Positions 36,572-46,192 of a DNA stretch of 64,000 nucleotides are shown here, in pieces (the first letter of the stretch is position 1; the number at the start of each line of letters is the position of its first letter). The position numbers and the translations under genes are program-made. Origin of the DNA: a virus; IMG/VR virus record IMGVR_UViG_3300017781_004450, positions 13,088 through 77,087 of that record, one strand, 5' to 3'. Below the pieces are notes generated by a model that did no database searches, was not told where the DNA came from, and worked only from the letters and a program-made list of their open reading frames with translations.

Positions 36572-37832
36572 AAGGAGCGAACTCAGGGTTGGCTGTGAGA
36601 AAGTCTTGCCCCCTAGTTTTATCTAAATTATGGTTGAATGCTATACAGTCTTGCCAATGTGTGTCGTGCATACATTTAGCCTGTAAAAAATTAATGTTGT
36701 CTTGTATTTGTTGTAGAGTAACTTTTTTAAGCAATTCATTTTCTTTTATAGCATCATAATTTAAAACTTTAGTTTTCATTGCTTCTAAGTCTTTTATTAC
36801 TTTTTCTTTTAGTTCTGGCGGCACTACTTGTGCTGACAAAGACATAGGATAGTTTACTCTATGTGAGTAAAATATAATACCCATATCATTTAAGAAATAA
36901 TCAATAACATCACAAATCTGCATAATGTTATTTGCTTGGACTGTAAAAGCGCCTACTACTCTACTTACGTTAGGAAAGCTCTTAAATACTTTTACGTTTT
37001 CTTCTACTTCACTAAACTTACCATTGCCTCTAATATATTCATATGTATCATGCAAACCATCTATACTTATATTTACTGCAACACTTTTAAACTTAGGCCA
37101 GTAGTCATGAATAGTACGTCCACCTTTAATACCTAATGTTGTGCCGTTAGTAGCATACTTAATTTCTATATTTTCTCCATACTCTGCTAGTCTATCTAAA
37201 ATTTTATAGTGGTATGGATCCATCAATGGTTCACCGCCTGCAAATTCTACACGCCTAAAGAAAGGCAATAGTTTTTCAAAACTACTCCACCAGTTATCTG
37301 AGTTATCAAACGGACCTATATACTTTCCAGGTGTATCAACTAGTTTTTCAACAGTAGGAATAAGATAGTTGTTTTCTTTTTTATAAAATTCAGTAACTTG
37401 ATTCCAATCTTTCCATTGTGTGCTATCTAATGGATTGCACATACGACACTTTAAATTACAAAGATTGTTAAGTTTTATTTCCATAGTAGGAAGTTCAAAC
37501 GGCATTGTATAATCTTCGTTTAAAGCGTCTAAAGCATCAGGGTATAAGTTTACCCTTGCTTCAGGTATTACTCCTGCTATATGACGCTGTCGTAAGCTCT
37601 CTACACCCTGATCTTCAAGATCAAAGCACGGCTTACAAACATCTGGTCGCTCGTCATTCATTACCTGGCGTCTGACTTCTTTCATCTTGTCGCCATTCCA
37701 CACTTCTTCTACTGTTTCATTTTGTATCCAACCAATTGGTTGACTACGACAGCATACCTTAATGGCTCCGTCTTCTCTTGTTGCCAAGCCTGTAAAAGGG
37801 TGCATACAAAATGTTTTACTTTTGCATGGCAT
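36564..37832 (-). CDS. radical SAM enzyme with N-terminal SPASM/Twitch-like domain
   Basis: FCMHPF..KVCC..CKPC precedes CNLKCRMC; AGGEP. Confidence 0.9.
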   Translation of the reverse strand: MPCKSKTFCMHPFTGLATREDGAIKVCCRSQPIGWIQNETVEEVWNGDKMKEVRRQVMNDERPDVCKPCFDLEDQGVESLRQRHIAGVIPEARVNLYPDALDALNEDYTMPFELPTMEIKLNNLCNLKCRMCNPLDSTQWKDWNQVTEFYKKENNYLIPTVEKLVDTPGKYIGPFDNSDNWWSSFEKLLPFFRRVEFAGGEPLMDPYHYKILDRLAEYGENIEIKYATNGTTLGIKGGRTIHDYWPKFKSVAVNISIDGLHDTYEYIRGNGKFSEVEENVKVFKSFPNVSRVVGAFTVQANNIMQICDVIDYFLNDMGIIFYSHRVNYPMSLSAQVVPPELKEKVIKDLEAMKTKVLNYDAIKENELLKKVTLQQIQDNINFLQAKCMHDTHWQDCIAFNHNLDKTRGQDFLTANPEFAPYV

Positions 37833-38553
37833 TCATTACTCCCCATTGTCTTTCTTGACACCAAAAACATTTTTTGCATGTTGGTACATACTGTCCAGGT
37901 GTGTATGTTGTATAATCTAGTCCTTTAAAAACTTCTGGATATGCATCATTGTCGCCTTCACAACTTCTAGTGATGTTTAACAGTTCAGCAATATCATTTT
38001 TTATGTATTGTTCTATAACCCAGTCTTTCTTACTTGCAACAAACGGATGGCAAACTGTTACTCCCATGTGTTCCATTATAGTATCTATAGTAGGTTCTTG
38101 TCTATCGCTCATTGCACCATCAAATTCTACATCTGGATTTAGTGTCACTGCTGCATACCAAGCATCTAAGTTTACCTTGTGTGCAAGATATTCGTTAAAA
38201 GACCTCAATATAATTCTGTTACCTGGTTTCATTTTTCCGTAGGCATCTTTAATCATAGTTGAATTAGGCTCTTCAAGTTCAGGCGGTATAAAATTAACAT
38301 GCCTTTCAAATTCAAGATCAGGAAAGTATCCCACAAACCAATCAAATACTTCTGCTGAAATATGTTCTTGCCATGGGCGTGATTTCCACATTCTAACTTG
38401 TGTGCTGATGTGTACCTTGCAGTTGTCATGTAGATTTTTGCAAATCAAGTACGCAAGTAACGCACTATCTGCTCCTCCACTTAAACTAATACCAATGTTT
38501 TTCCATTTTATATCGACTGGAATGGACACATTGTCGATCTTTATCTTACGCAT
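37816..38553 (-). CDS. QueC-like PP-loop ATP pyrophosphatase
   Basis: ISLSGGADSALL PP-loop; TRSC...CKKCFWCQER Zn motif; start revised to ATG 38553. Confidence 0.7.
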   Translation of the reverse strand: MRKIKIDNVSIPVDIKWKNIGISLSGGADSALLAYLICKNLHDNCKVHISTQVRMWKSRPWQEHISAEVFDWFVGYFPDLEFERHVNFIPPELEEPNSTMIKDAYGKMKPGNRIILRSFNEYLAHKVNLDAWYAAVTLNPDVEFDGAMSDRQEPTIDTIMEHMGVTVCHPFVASKKDWVIEQYIKNDIAELLNITRSCEGDNDAYPEVFKGLDYTTYTPGQYVPTCKKCFWCQERQWGVMNAMQK

Positions 38554-38558
38554 AACGA

Positions 38559-38602
38559 TATTTACCAAGTTTTATACGCACATATCGTAGTTCCGGTAAA
38601 TA
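38559..38602. promoter_or_regulatory. divergent late boxes, each TAAATA-N5-ATG
   Basis: tattta 38559-38564 (ATG 38553); TAAATA 38597-38602 (ATG 38608). Confidence 0.75.
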
Positions 38603-38607
38603 TGCAT

Positions 38608-39264
38608 ATGATCCAAAATACCAAATATACAGTACCTTTAGAGGTGATAGAGGGTGTAATGGGCGATGTTTACGAAATAGGAAAGTTTAATATTTCAGAA
38701 CAGACTGGCAGTTTCTTTTATGATCCTTGGCAGTTAAAACCAGAGTACTTGGGTACACAATGGGAATCTATTTGGAATAGTTTACCAGAACCTAAAGGAC
38801 AAGCTAGAATTATTATTTTAGAATCGCCTAGTTGCTATACTTCACATGCAGACATTGACAATCGATGGCACTTAAATTTATGTGGCGACGAAGCCTATCT
38901 TATTGACTTAGAAAAAGAAGAAATGTTTAAAACTGTGCTTGACGGTAAATGGTATGACATGGACGCAGGTATTCCACACACTGCAATGAATATAGGTGCT
39001 CACATAAGAGCTCAACTAGTTGTAAGAAAGTTACTACCTAAGAATATTATTAATGATCCAAAGCATGTTAGAATAACAGGCTCAGAAGGAAACGTAAGAT
39101 ACGAGTTTGATAAGTATCTAAGTCCATGGTTAAACAGAGCAGCAAACAATCAAAAAGTCATTAGCAACGTAAAAGTTGTTGAGCAAGGTATAGAGTTTGA
39201 CATTGAAGCAGGATTAGTAAATCAAATTCCTGTTCCACCAAATATGAAATTAATAACGGTGTAA
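38608..39264 (+). CDS. 2OG-Fe(II)/cupin oxygenase (Asp/Asn beta-hydroxylase-like)
   Basis: TSHADID...PHTAMN.G...R facial-triad pattern. Confidence 0.7.
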   Translation: MIQNTKYTVPLEVIEGVMGDVYEIGKFNISEQTGSFFYDPWQLKPEYLGTQWESIWNSLPEPKGQARIIILESPSCYTSHADIDNRWHLNLCGDEAYLIDLEKEEMFKTVLDGKWYDMDAGIPHTAMNIGAHIRAQLVVRKLLPKNIINDPKHVRITGSEGNVRYEFDKYLSPWLNRAANNQKVISNVKVVEQGIEFDIEAGLVNQIPVPPNMKLITV

Positions 39265-39594
39265 TACCAATAAAGTATTTGCACTAACTTCTATTACAGT
39301 TCTTCCTTTATTTTTACGTTTTACTTCTTCCATCATAGCAGTATTGCATACATGAATGGCAGCATAGTTTAGATTATGCTCTTTTACTTTTTCAATAAGT
39401 GTAGAATACTTTTGTTGCACATCACTGCTAATTGTTAAAGATTCATCGTAAATTTTTAGTAGATACCAATCACTTATGTAAAAAGCAGCGTCACTGTTAC
39501 CGTTTGTTTCTACTAGTATTTTAACATCATCAGGTATATCGTTATAACCTTTTGCGGTCTGCCTGAATTCTTTAATAGTAGCACTTTTTAGCAT
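39250..39594 (-). CDS. hypothetical protein (start revised to ATG 39594)
   Basis: TAAATA-TACTT-ATG upstream (39600-39605). Confidence 0.6.
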   Translation of the reverse strand: MLKSATIKEFRQTAKGYNDIPDDVKILVETNGNSDAAFYISDWYLLKIYDESLTISSDVQQKYSTLIEKVKEHNLNYAAIHVCNTAMMEEVKRKNKGRTVIEVSANTLLVLHRY

Positions 39595-39623
39595 AAGTAT
39601 ATTTATTATATGGAGTATTGGCA

Positions 39624-40535
39624 ATGAAAATTTTAATGACAGGATCATCTGGATTCATAGGTTCTCATTTATCCGAAAGACTAAAGAATCACGAAGTGCA
39701 TCATTTGAAAAGCGATTTGCTAGATCATCAATCAGTTGCTGGCGAAGTATTATTAGTAAAACCTGATATTATTGTTCATCTTGCTGCACGTACAGAAGTC
39801 GAACAAAGTTTTTACGAGCAGATTACATTTAGTGAAATTAATTATGTTGGCACAGTTAACTTAATTGAAACAGCAGCCAAGGTAAAAAATTTAAGAAACT
39901 TTGTGTTTGCAAGTACAATGGAAGTGTACGGGTGGCAACCTATTTCAGATGAAATTGAAGAACACGGTACACCAAAGCAATCTATAGCATTTGACGAAAA
40001 CACTGTTCCTAATCCTAATGCTCCGTATGCAGTTGCAAAGTATGGTTGTGAAAAGTATTTAGAATATGCACATCGTTGTTATGACTTTCCTTTTACAGCT
40101 CTAAGGCAAACAAACTGCTATGGCAGAAAGGATAATGAGTTTTTTGTAACTGAACAAATTATTAATCAAATGTTAACTAATCCAGACAAGTGTAACTTAG
40201 GTTATGCTGAGCCGTATCGTAATTTTATTTTTGTTGACGATATGCTAGATGCCTGGGAAACAGTAATTAACAATCCTGATAAATGTAATGACGGAAGTAT
40301 TTTTACAATTGGTCCGGATAATCCTATTAAGATTAGAGACTATGCAGAACTAATTGCTAAAAAGTTAGACTGGAAAGGAACTATCAACTGGGATACAAAA
40401 CTATTTCGTGCAGGAGAGATTTACTGGCTTAACTCTAACAATACACTAATTAAGAAAAAACTAGGGTGGGAACCAAAAGTTACATTAGACGAAGGACTTG
40501 ATAAAACTATCGAGATATGGAAGGCTATTGTATGA
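39624..40535 (+). CDS. NAD-dependent nucleotide-sugar epimerase/dehydratase
   Basis: MTGSSGFIG, VHLAA, FASTMEVYG, PYAVAK; GGAG SD. Confidence 0.9.
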   Translation: MKILMTGSSGFIGSHLSERLKNHEVHHLKSDLLDHQSVAGEVLLVKPDIIVHLAARTEVEQSFYEQITFSEINYVGTVNLIETAAKVKNLRNFVFASTMEVYGWQPISDEIEEHGTPKQSIAFDENTVPNPNAPYAVAKYGCEKYLEYAHRCYDFPFTALRQTNCYGRKDNEFFVTEQIINQMLTNPDKCNLGYAEPYRNFIFVDDMLDAWETVINNPDKCNDGSIFTIGPDNPIKIRDYAELIAKKLDWKGTINWDTKLFRAGEIYWLNSNNTLIKKKLGWEPKVTLDEGLDKTIEIWKAIV

Positions 40536-41215
40536 AATGGAACCATTACTTAAAACTTGATAGCATTGGCCGTCCTTGTATGGCACAACAAACTTATGAA
40601 CCTCTTGTAAGTGAAGATGGAAAAACATTTTGTAAGAACTACGGATTTCCAAACGAATACGCATATAGAGATATACAGCATCGACCATTGTATACAAAAG
40701 AAGTTGTTGATTGGTTTTTTCAAAACGAATTAACTTATCTTGAATTATTCAAAGATAAAAAGTATGCACCAGAGGTAAAAGATATAGATTACAAAAATCA
40801 AAAAATTTACATCAAGTGGTATGGTAAAAGTTGTAACCAAGTAATTTATGATACTGAAGTTGAAGAGTGGCCAGAGTATATGTGGCGTAGACAAATTAGA
40901 GATATAATTGTTGATCAATTTGACGAAGGTATATACAAATTAACAATGTATCCACATTGTCATTATATTACAGATTACAAACAAATGAAATGTATAGACT
41001 GGTACGGCTGTGTTCCTATTGATGATCCTTATATTGAAGAAAAGTACATGCAAGGTATTATACACGATACAGCACAATTTAGGTTAGATGAAACAGGTGA
41101 GCTTGTTGAAGACAAAATAAACTTAGAAATTATGTTTAAGCGTAGTTTAAGCACACATGTTTTATGGGGAGATCAGAATATGAGTTACATATACGAGGAG
41201 TTATTCAATGCCTAA
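40532..41215 (+). CDS. protein-kinase-like fold protein (degenerate), paralog of 45474-46166
   Basis: TFCKNY...NELTYL...APEVKDID...MYPHCHYI...KCIDWYG aligns loosely with kinase subdomains II, III, VIb and VII. Confidence 0.45.
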   Translation: MKWNHYLKLDSIGRPCMAQQTYEPLVSEDGKTFCKNYGFPNEYAYRDIQHRPLYTKEVVDWFFQNELTYLELFKDKKYAPEVKDIDYKNQKIYIKWYGKSCNQVIYDTEVEEWPEYMWRRQIRDIIVDQFDEGIYKLTMYPHCHYITDYKQMKCIDWYGCVPIDDPYIEEKYMQGIIHDTAQFRLDETGELVEDKINLEIMFKRSLSTHVLWGDQNMSYIYEELFNA

Positions 41216-41780
41216 ATTTTTTGGTAGTACACAATCTATTATTGATTGGGATCCTATTGTAAAGAAATGTATGGAATGTACTACAGGTGATAAGAATACA
41301 GTTACAAGTGTAGTTGACCGTAGCGAAGCAGAATCAGATGGTCCACTACTTCAAAGTTATAGAGATATTATAGGAACATGGCAAGGTGCTGGTTATAATT
41401 TAGAAGAAATATACTGGCATGACTACTATCCAGGTGAACATTTTGATATTGAAATACAAAATAAGTTTGCAAAACTAGTAAACGCACAGCCATTAAGAGT
41501 TTTTGTAAGCGAAGTTGATCCTGGGCGTAATGTTCCATATCATTGGGATGTCGAAGATAAAGAAGAAGAATGGTTATCATTAGGAGAGCTAAAACGTTGG
41601 GTATGCTTTATAGATAAGCCAAGGTGGGGTAATGTTCTTATACTAGAAAACCAGTGCTTCCATAATGAAATACAAGGTAGCATATATGAATGGGATAATT
41701 ATAGAAGCCATCATGCAGGAACAAGTATGGGAATACACAAACAATACCTGTTTCATTTTTTAGGAAGGCCAAACAAATGA
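41208..41780 (+). CDS. 2OG-Fe(II)/cupin oxygenase
   Basis: PGRNVPYHWD...SHHAG. Confidence 0.7.
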   Translation: MPKFFGSTQSIIDWDPIVKKCMECTTGDKNTVTSVVDRSEAESDGPLLQSYRDIIGTWQGAGYNLEEIYWHDYYPGEHFDIEIQNKFAKLVNAQPLRVFVSEVDPGRNVPYHWDVEDKEEEWLSLGELKRWVCFIDKPRWGNVLILENQCFHNEIQGSIYEWDNYRSHHAGTSMGIHKQYLFHFLGRPNK

Positions 41781-42352
41781 AAATTAGAAATGCATTAGCA
41801 ATGGGAATGACAAAGTTTTTTAGATTCTTTGCAGATACATTTTTTGCTAAAAGATATGGACACAGAGCAGTTGTACTAGAAACAGTAGCAGGTGTGCCTG
41901 GTATGGTTGCAGGCATGTGGTTGCATTTTAAAAGTTTGCGTAAAATGAAAACAGGTTTTGGTCCTGATATCAGAGAGATGTTAGAAGAAGCAGAAAATGA
42001 AAGAATGCATTTAATGTTTTTCATTGCAATTGCTAAACCTAATGTGTTTGAAAGACTATTAGTTGTGTTAGCACAAATCATTTTTATGATATTCTATTTT
42101 ATAATTTACATTATCAGTTATAGACTTGCACACAGAATGATTGCATACTTTGAAGAAGAAGCAGTTAGGAGTTATACAGACTATCTAGCAATGGTAGAGA
42201 ATGGAGAAGTAGAAAATGTTCCTGCTCCACAACTAGCAATTGATTATTACAAGATGAAAAAGACTGCTAGACTGTCAGACTTAATTAAATGTGTAAGAGC
42301 AGATGAAGAACATCACAGTAAAGTAAATCATAGGTATGCAGATGCAGATTAA
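41777..42352 (+). CDS. aox: alternative oxidase (ubiquinol oxidase, di-iron)
   Basis: LETVAGVPGMV, EAENERMHL, FEEEAVRSY, RADEEHH: all AOX iron-ligand motifs. Confidence 0.93.
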   Translation: MKIRNALAMGMTKFFRFFADTFFAKRYGHRAVVLETVAGVPGMVAGMWLHFKSLRKMKTGFGPDIREMLEEAENERMHLMFFIAIAKPNVFERLLVVLAQIIFMIFYFIIYIISYRLAHRMIAYFEEEAVRSYTDYLAMVENGEVENVPAPQLAIDYYKMKKTARLSDLIKCVRADEEHHSKVNHRYADAD

Positions 42353-42875
42353 ACATTTAGGAATATGTAACACTATTGATTGGGATAGTGTAATTGATCA
42401 ATGTGCAAGTGTTGATCCTGAATATGTAGGACCTAGCCATAAACGTGGTGATACTGTTCCTGGATTAGATCCTATATTAGATATGTGGGAACAAGCAGGA
42501 TATAAAACTGTACACGAAGGTGGCACAGCAGGTTGGGATATGTTTATTCCAGGCAAACAGTTTGACCAAAGCATAGTTGATGCTTGGAACGAGTTTTACG
42601 GATTAGACTGTAAAAATGTGTGGATAAGTAGAATACACCCAGGACGTTTTGCACCTATTCATTGGGACGTACATGACAATGAAGAAAGTATTCCTGATTG
42701 TCCTAGATATCATTGCCATATAGGTAGTCCGCAATGGGGGCATATTTTTATTGCAGGCAATGAAACATTTTATAATATTCCACAAGGTGCAACATACGAG
42801 TGGGTAGATAGAAAGATTTGGCACGCCGGAACTAATTGCGGAACAGTGCCTAAGTACATATGGAACGCATGGTAA
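42336..42875 (+). CDS. 2OG-Fe(II)/cupin oxygenase, paralog of 41208-41780
   Basis: PGRFAPIHWD...WHAGTN. Confidence 0.7.
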   Translation: MQMQIKHLGICNTIDWDSVIDQCASVDPEYVGPSHKRGDTVPGLDPILDMWEQAGYKTVHEGGTAGWDMFIPGKQFDQSIVDAWNEFYGLDCKNVWISRIHPGRFAPIHWDVHDNEESIPDCPRYHCHIGSPQWGHIFIAGNETFYNIPQGATYEWVDRKIWHAGTNCGTVPKYIWNAW

Positions 42876-43906
42876 TGGAAACAGGAATAGTACAGTGGTT
42901 CAATGACGCAAAAGGTTTTGGCTTTGTCAAGACTGATAAGGGCGATCAGATTATATGTGAGAAATGGCACATGATTAGTGAACCAAAGACTATGAAAGAA
43001 AGACAAAAGATTTCTTTTGAAAGATTTATGTACAACGGTAAAGAACACGCTGGGCAGATAACTGTTTTAGAAGATGATGCCGTTCCGTTGCCAGTATTAA
43101 ATATGGCTAAAGGTAGAATATATTGTGAAGAACCTCTTATCATAGTTTTTGACAATGCTGTCTCAGAAGACATGTGTGACGAAATTATTGCTAAACACAT
43201 TGCAGATGGAATGAATCCAGACAGCGGAAAGCAGAGCAGACAAGAAAGTTATACACAGGTAACAGAAGATGTGGAACAAAGAGGTATTAGTCTTGGTATG
43301 GATCCACATCACTATAATACTATTGCAAATTCAATTGTAGATAACTGCGGACTACAACACTCTCATATTGAAGCTATTGACATATACAATTATGATAAAG
43401 GTAGATACTTAGACTTACACCACGATTATCCTTATTTCCCTGATAAAATTAATTACTACTCTCACGGAAGCAATGATAGAGTAGGAACTGCTATACTGTA
43501 TCTTAATGATGACTACGAAGGTGGCACAACATTCTTTCCAAAGTTAAACGTTGATGTAAAACCTAAGAAAGGAAGCATGTTATACTTTAAGCAATCTTAC
43601 GATGAAGCCAAGAATTGGAGTACAATACACGAAAGTACAGTAATTAGTAAAGGAACAAAATGGATAGCCAGTTGTTTCTTTAGTGAAACAAACAGAGTAG
43701 GTTTTACAGACAGGGAGGACTTTGTGCCAGAAGAAAATCCAACATTTGATGATACATTTTACGTTAAAAAGTTTATGGATATTCAGCGAGGTAACGTAGT
43801 GCTATATCGCAAACTTAAAAATTTAGAAAACAGTAAACTACGACAGGTAATTGAAAATCATTTAGGTGACGACTTTTTCGATAATCTAGATGACCTAGTA
43901 AAATGA
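42875..43906 (+). CDS. cold-shock domain fused to a prolyl-4-hydroxylase-type 2OG-Fe(II) oxygenase
   Basis: METGIVQWFNDAKGFGFV (CSD RNP1); then HHDY...RVGTAILYLNDDYEGGTTFFP...PKKG...HES..V..GTKW. Confidence 0.8.
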   Translation: METGIVQWFNDAKGFGFVKTDKGDQIICEKWHMISEPKTMKERQKISFERFMYNGKEHAGQITVLEDDAVPLPVLNMAKGRIYCEEPLIIVFDNAVSEDMCDEIIAKHIADGMNPDSGKQSRQESYTQVTEDVEQRGISLGMDPHHYNTIANSIVDNCGLQHSHIEAIDIYNYDKGRYLDLHHDYPYFPDKINYYSHGSNDRVGTAILYLNDDYEGGTTFFPKLNVDVKPKKGSMLYFKQSYDEAKNWSTIHESTVISKGTKWIASCFFSETNRVGFTDREDFVPEENPTFDDTFYVKKFMDIQRGNVVLYRKLKNLENSKLRQVIENHLGDDFFDNLDDLVK

Positions 43907-44352
43907 AATTTTATATAGTAGGAAGCAACAAAGGATTAGGATTACATTTACGCAAAGAATTTAATTGCGTAAATTTTGATAGACCTTATGACCTTTCACA
44001 AGACATAGATGCTATATGCTCTCACATTGATTCTGACAGTGTTGTTATTTTAAACGCACACGCAAAAGGTGCTCAGATCAAATATGTAGAAGCATTAAAG
44101 GATAGATGTAGACTAGTTGTATGTGGCAGTATTGCTTCAACGTTTAAAGATTTTAGTATGCCAACATACAGTGAACAAAAGTTAGAACTTGAAAATTATG
44201 TAGTAGAGCAGTCGTTGCACAGCAAACATCCTATGCTCTATTTGAGATTAACCAGCAGCAGTTATGCCAACTATGACCTAATTAGTAATACTATTAAGTT
44301 TTGGTTAGATAACCCAGGCTTTACATTTGCAGGATACGATATAAATGAGTGA
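43903..44352 (+). CDS. short SDR-like (Rossmann) protein
   Basis: IVGSNKGLG, ILNA, CGSIAS, YSEQK. Confidence 0.6.
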   Translation: MKFYIVGSNKGLGLHLRKEFNCVNFDRPYDLSQDIDAICSHIDSDSVVILNAHAKGAQIKYVEALKDRCRLVVCGSIASTFKDFSMPTYSEQKLELENYVVEQSLHSKHPMLYLRLTSSSYANYDLISNTIKFWLDNPGFTFAGYDINE

Positions 44353-44947
44353 AAATAAAATTGTAATTACAGGACATACCAAAGGTATTGGTAAAGCAAT
44401 ATTTGATAAGTTTACAGAAGTTAGTTGTCATGAGATTATAGGTATGAGTCGTAGTAACGGTTATGACATTGAAAAAGACTTTGATAAGATTGTACAAGAA
44501 GCTACTGGTGCAGACTTTTTTGTAAACAATGCATATAGGGACGGACAGCAATTAAAACTGTTCCACGCACTTAAAGACAAAGTGAATATGATGGTTGTTA
44601 TGGGCAGCGTTAGTAGACACTATCCTGAGCTTATTCCTACAGACTATGTGCATGATAAACAAGCACTTGCAGAAGCATGTAGGTTAGAGAGTATTAATCC
44701 TAACGGCATTCCTATACTGCATTTAGATTTAAGTTTTATAGAAGGCACCGAAATACAAGGTGACGATACTACAGCGTTTTTAAGCGATTACAATACACCA
44801 TTAAATGATATTGTTGACACAATTATGTTTTGGGCACAGAAGCCTACTATAAGGCAAATTGAATTTAGGTGGAAACTAACTGAACACGTTAGAAAAGAAT
44901 TAGAACGTATTAATCCTAACTTAGACCCATCTAGGGTACAATTCTAA
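44345..44947 (+). CDS. short-chain dehydrogenase/reductase-like
   Basis: ITGHTKGIG, FVNNAY, MGS, YVHDK. Confidence 0.75.
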   Translation: MSENKIVITGHTKGIGKAIFDKFTEVSCHEIIGMSRSNGYDIEKDFDKIVQEATGADFFVNNAYRDGQQLKLFHALKDKVNMMVVMGSVSRHYPELIPTDYVHDKQALAEACRLESINPNGIPILHLDLSFIEGTEIQGDDTTAFLSDYNTPLNDIVDTIMFWAQKPTIRQIEFRWKLTEHVRKELERINPNLDPSRVQF

Positions 44948-45481
44948 ATTAGCATAAAATTTATCGGGGTGTATTTCCCAAACTGTTTGGTCAGTATGCC
45001 TGTAATGCACTTCTTTGACTTTGCTTACAACACCTATCTTAGCAAGTGTAGGAAAGTATATTGAATGTACTAAACGTTGACTTCCTTCTTTACTTTTGTT
45101 TGAAGTTGCATACACTCTACCTTTACCTTTTGTCCATTCTAAACAAGCAGGAAGCATAAACTGATCTGTCAAGTTTTGATGTTCAGCACAAAGCCTATTT
45201 GCTTTTACTAATCCGTTGTGTGGTCTTGCTTCTCCAAACGTACATACTCTTGTAAGTATTCTATATGAGTTAGGCCCCATAACATCATCAAAGGAGTGAG
45301 CTGCTACACTCCCTATTGCTTTGTCATCACTATAAAGTATCCAAGCATTCCATTCACGTTCATTGTGAAAGCAGTCGATCATTACTTTTTGACTTGCGTT
45401 ATTAACAAAGCCGCGGCGACCTGCTTCATTGTAAAACTCAGACAAGTCTAAGTCTTTGTGCCACCGTACCATCTTATGCAT
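44921..45481 (-). CDS. hypothetical protein, possibly GNAT-like
   Basis: WILYSDDKAIGSVAAH...YRILTRVC...ACLEW...VYATSN pattern; start likely 45481 or 45472. Confidence 0.5.
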   Translation of the reverse strand: MHKMVRWHKDLDLSEFYNEAGRRGFVNNASQKVMIDCFHNEREWNAWILYSDDKAIGSVAAHSFDDVMGPNSYRILTRVCTFGEARPHNGLVKANRLCAEHQNLTDQFMLPACLEWTKGKGRVYATSNKSKEGSQRLVHSIYFPTLAKIGVVSKVKEVHYRHTDQTVWEIHPDKFYANLELYPRWV

Positions 45482-46166
45482 AGATTGCTTTTGCCTTTTC
45501 CATAACTTCATCAGGGAAGTTTGTTTTAAAACTATCAAATGCTAGTAACTGTATTTGTGAATGAGGAGTATCTTTGTTTACGTCGATTCCAGCAGCTTCC
45601 ATTTTAGGAAATAAGTCTGCTTGTCTATCTTCACTGATGTGACTCATTACACTGCGTAAACTAATACCAAGATCCTGATCACTATATGTAAAGAAGTAAT
45701 TAATACTTTTTAGTTTCCCCTCAACTACAAAATAACTGCTAGGGTGCATACTGTATTTGTACAACCCCAAGTCCTTGTGTGCTTGAATAATCTCAAGCAT
45801 TTGTTCTTCCCAATTATCAACTACACTGTAGTCGTTACCTTCACAGCCTGCTAGTTCCCACATGTCAGGCCCATCAATTTTTAAGTATAATTTTTTATTG
45901 ATAAAGTCAATATCTTGTATTTCTGGCACATGCTGTGGGTACTTCATTTCCATTTGCTGTATAAAGTTAATTTCACGTAACCATTTTTCCTCCATTAGGT
46001 TAGGATCCACTACTTGATTATGCCCGCCATGATATTGTTCATCATTGTAGTACCATTGGCAAAATGTCTTTTTATCCTTACTAATCAAACTGGTGTATAT
46101 TAGATTATTTCGGCATTGACCTTTACCAGGAACTGTGTTATAATAATATTCAAAGTTGTTACTCAT
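45474..46166 (-). CDS. protein-kinase-like fold protein (degenerate), paralog of 40532-41215
   Basis: TFCQWY...REINF...VPEIQDID...HKDLGLYKYSMHPSSYFV...KSINYFF. Confidence 0.45.
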   Translation of the reverse strand: MSNNFEYYYNTVPGKGQCRNNLIYTSLISKDKKTFCQWYYNDEQYHGGHNQVVDPNLMEEKWLREINFIQQMEMKYPQHVPEIQDIDFINKKLYLKIDGPDMWELAGCEGNDYSVVDNWEEQMLEIIQAHKDLGLYKYSMHPSSYFVVEGKLKSINYFFTYSDQDLGISLRSVMSHISEDRQADLFPKMEAAGIDVNKDTPHSQIQLLAFDSFKTNFPDEVMEKAKAIYA

Positions 46167-46171
46167 AGTAC

Positions 46172-46187
46172 TATTTAACGGTAAGTA
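46172..46187. promoter_or_regulatory. back-to-back late boxes TAAATA-N5-ATG (-) and TAAGTA-N5-ATG (+)
   Basis: 26-bp intergenic region: cat-agtac-tattta-acgg-taagta-tatac-atg. Confidence 0.75.
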
Positions 46188-46192
46188 TATAC

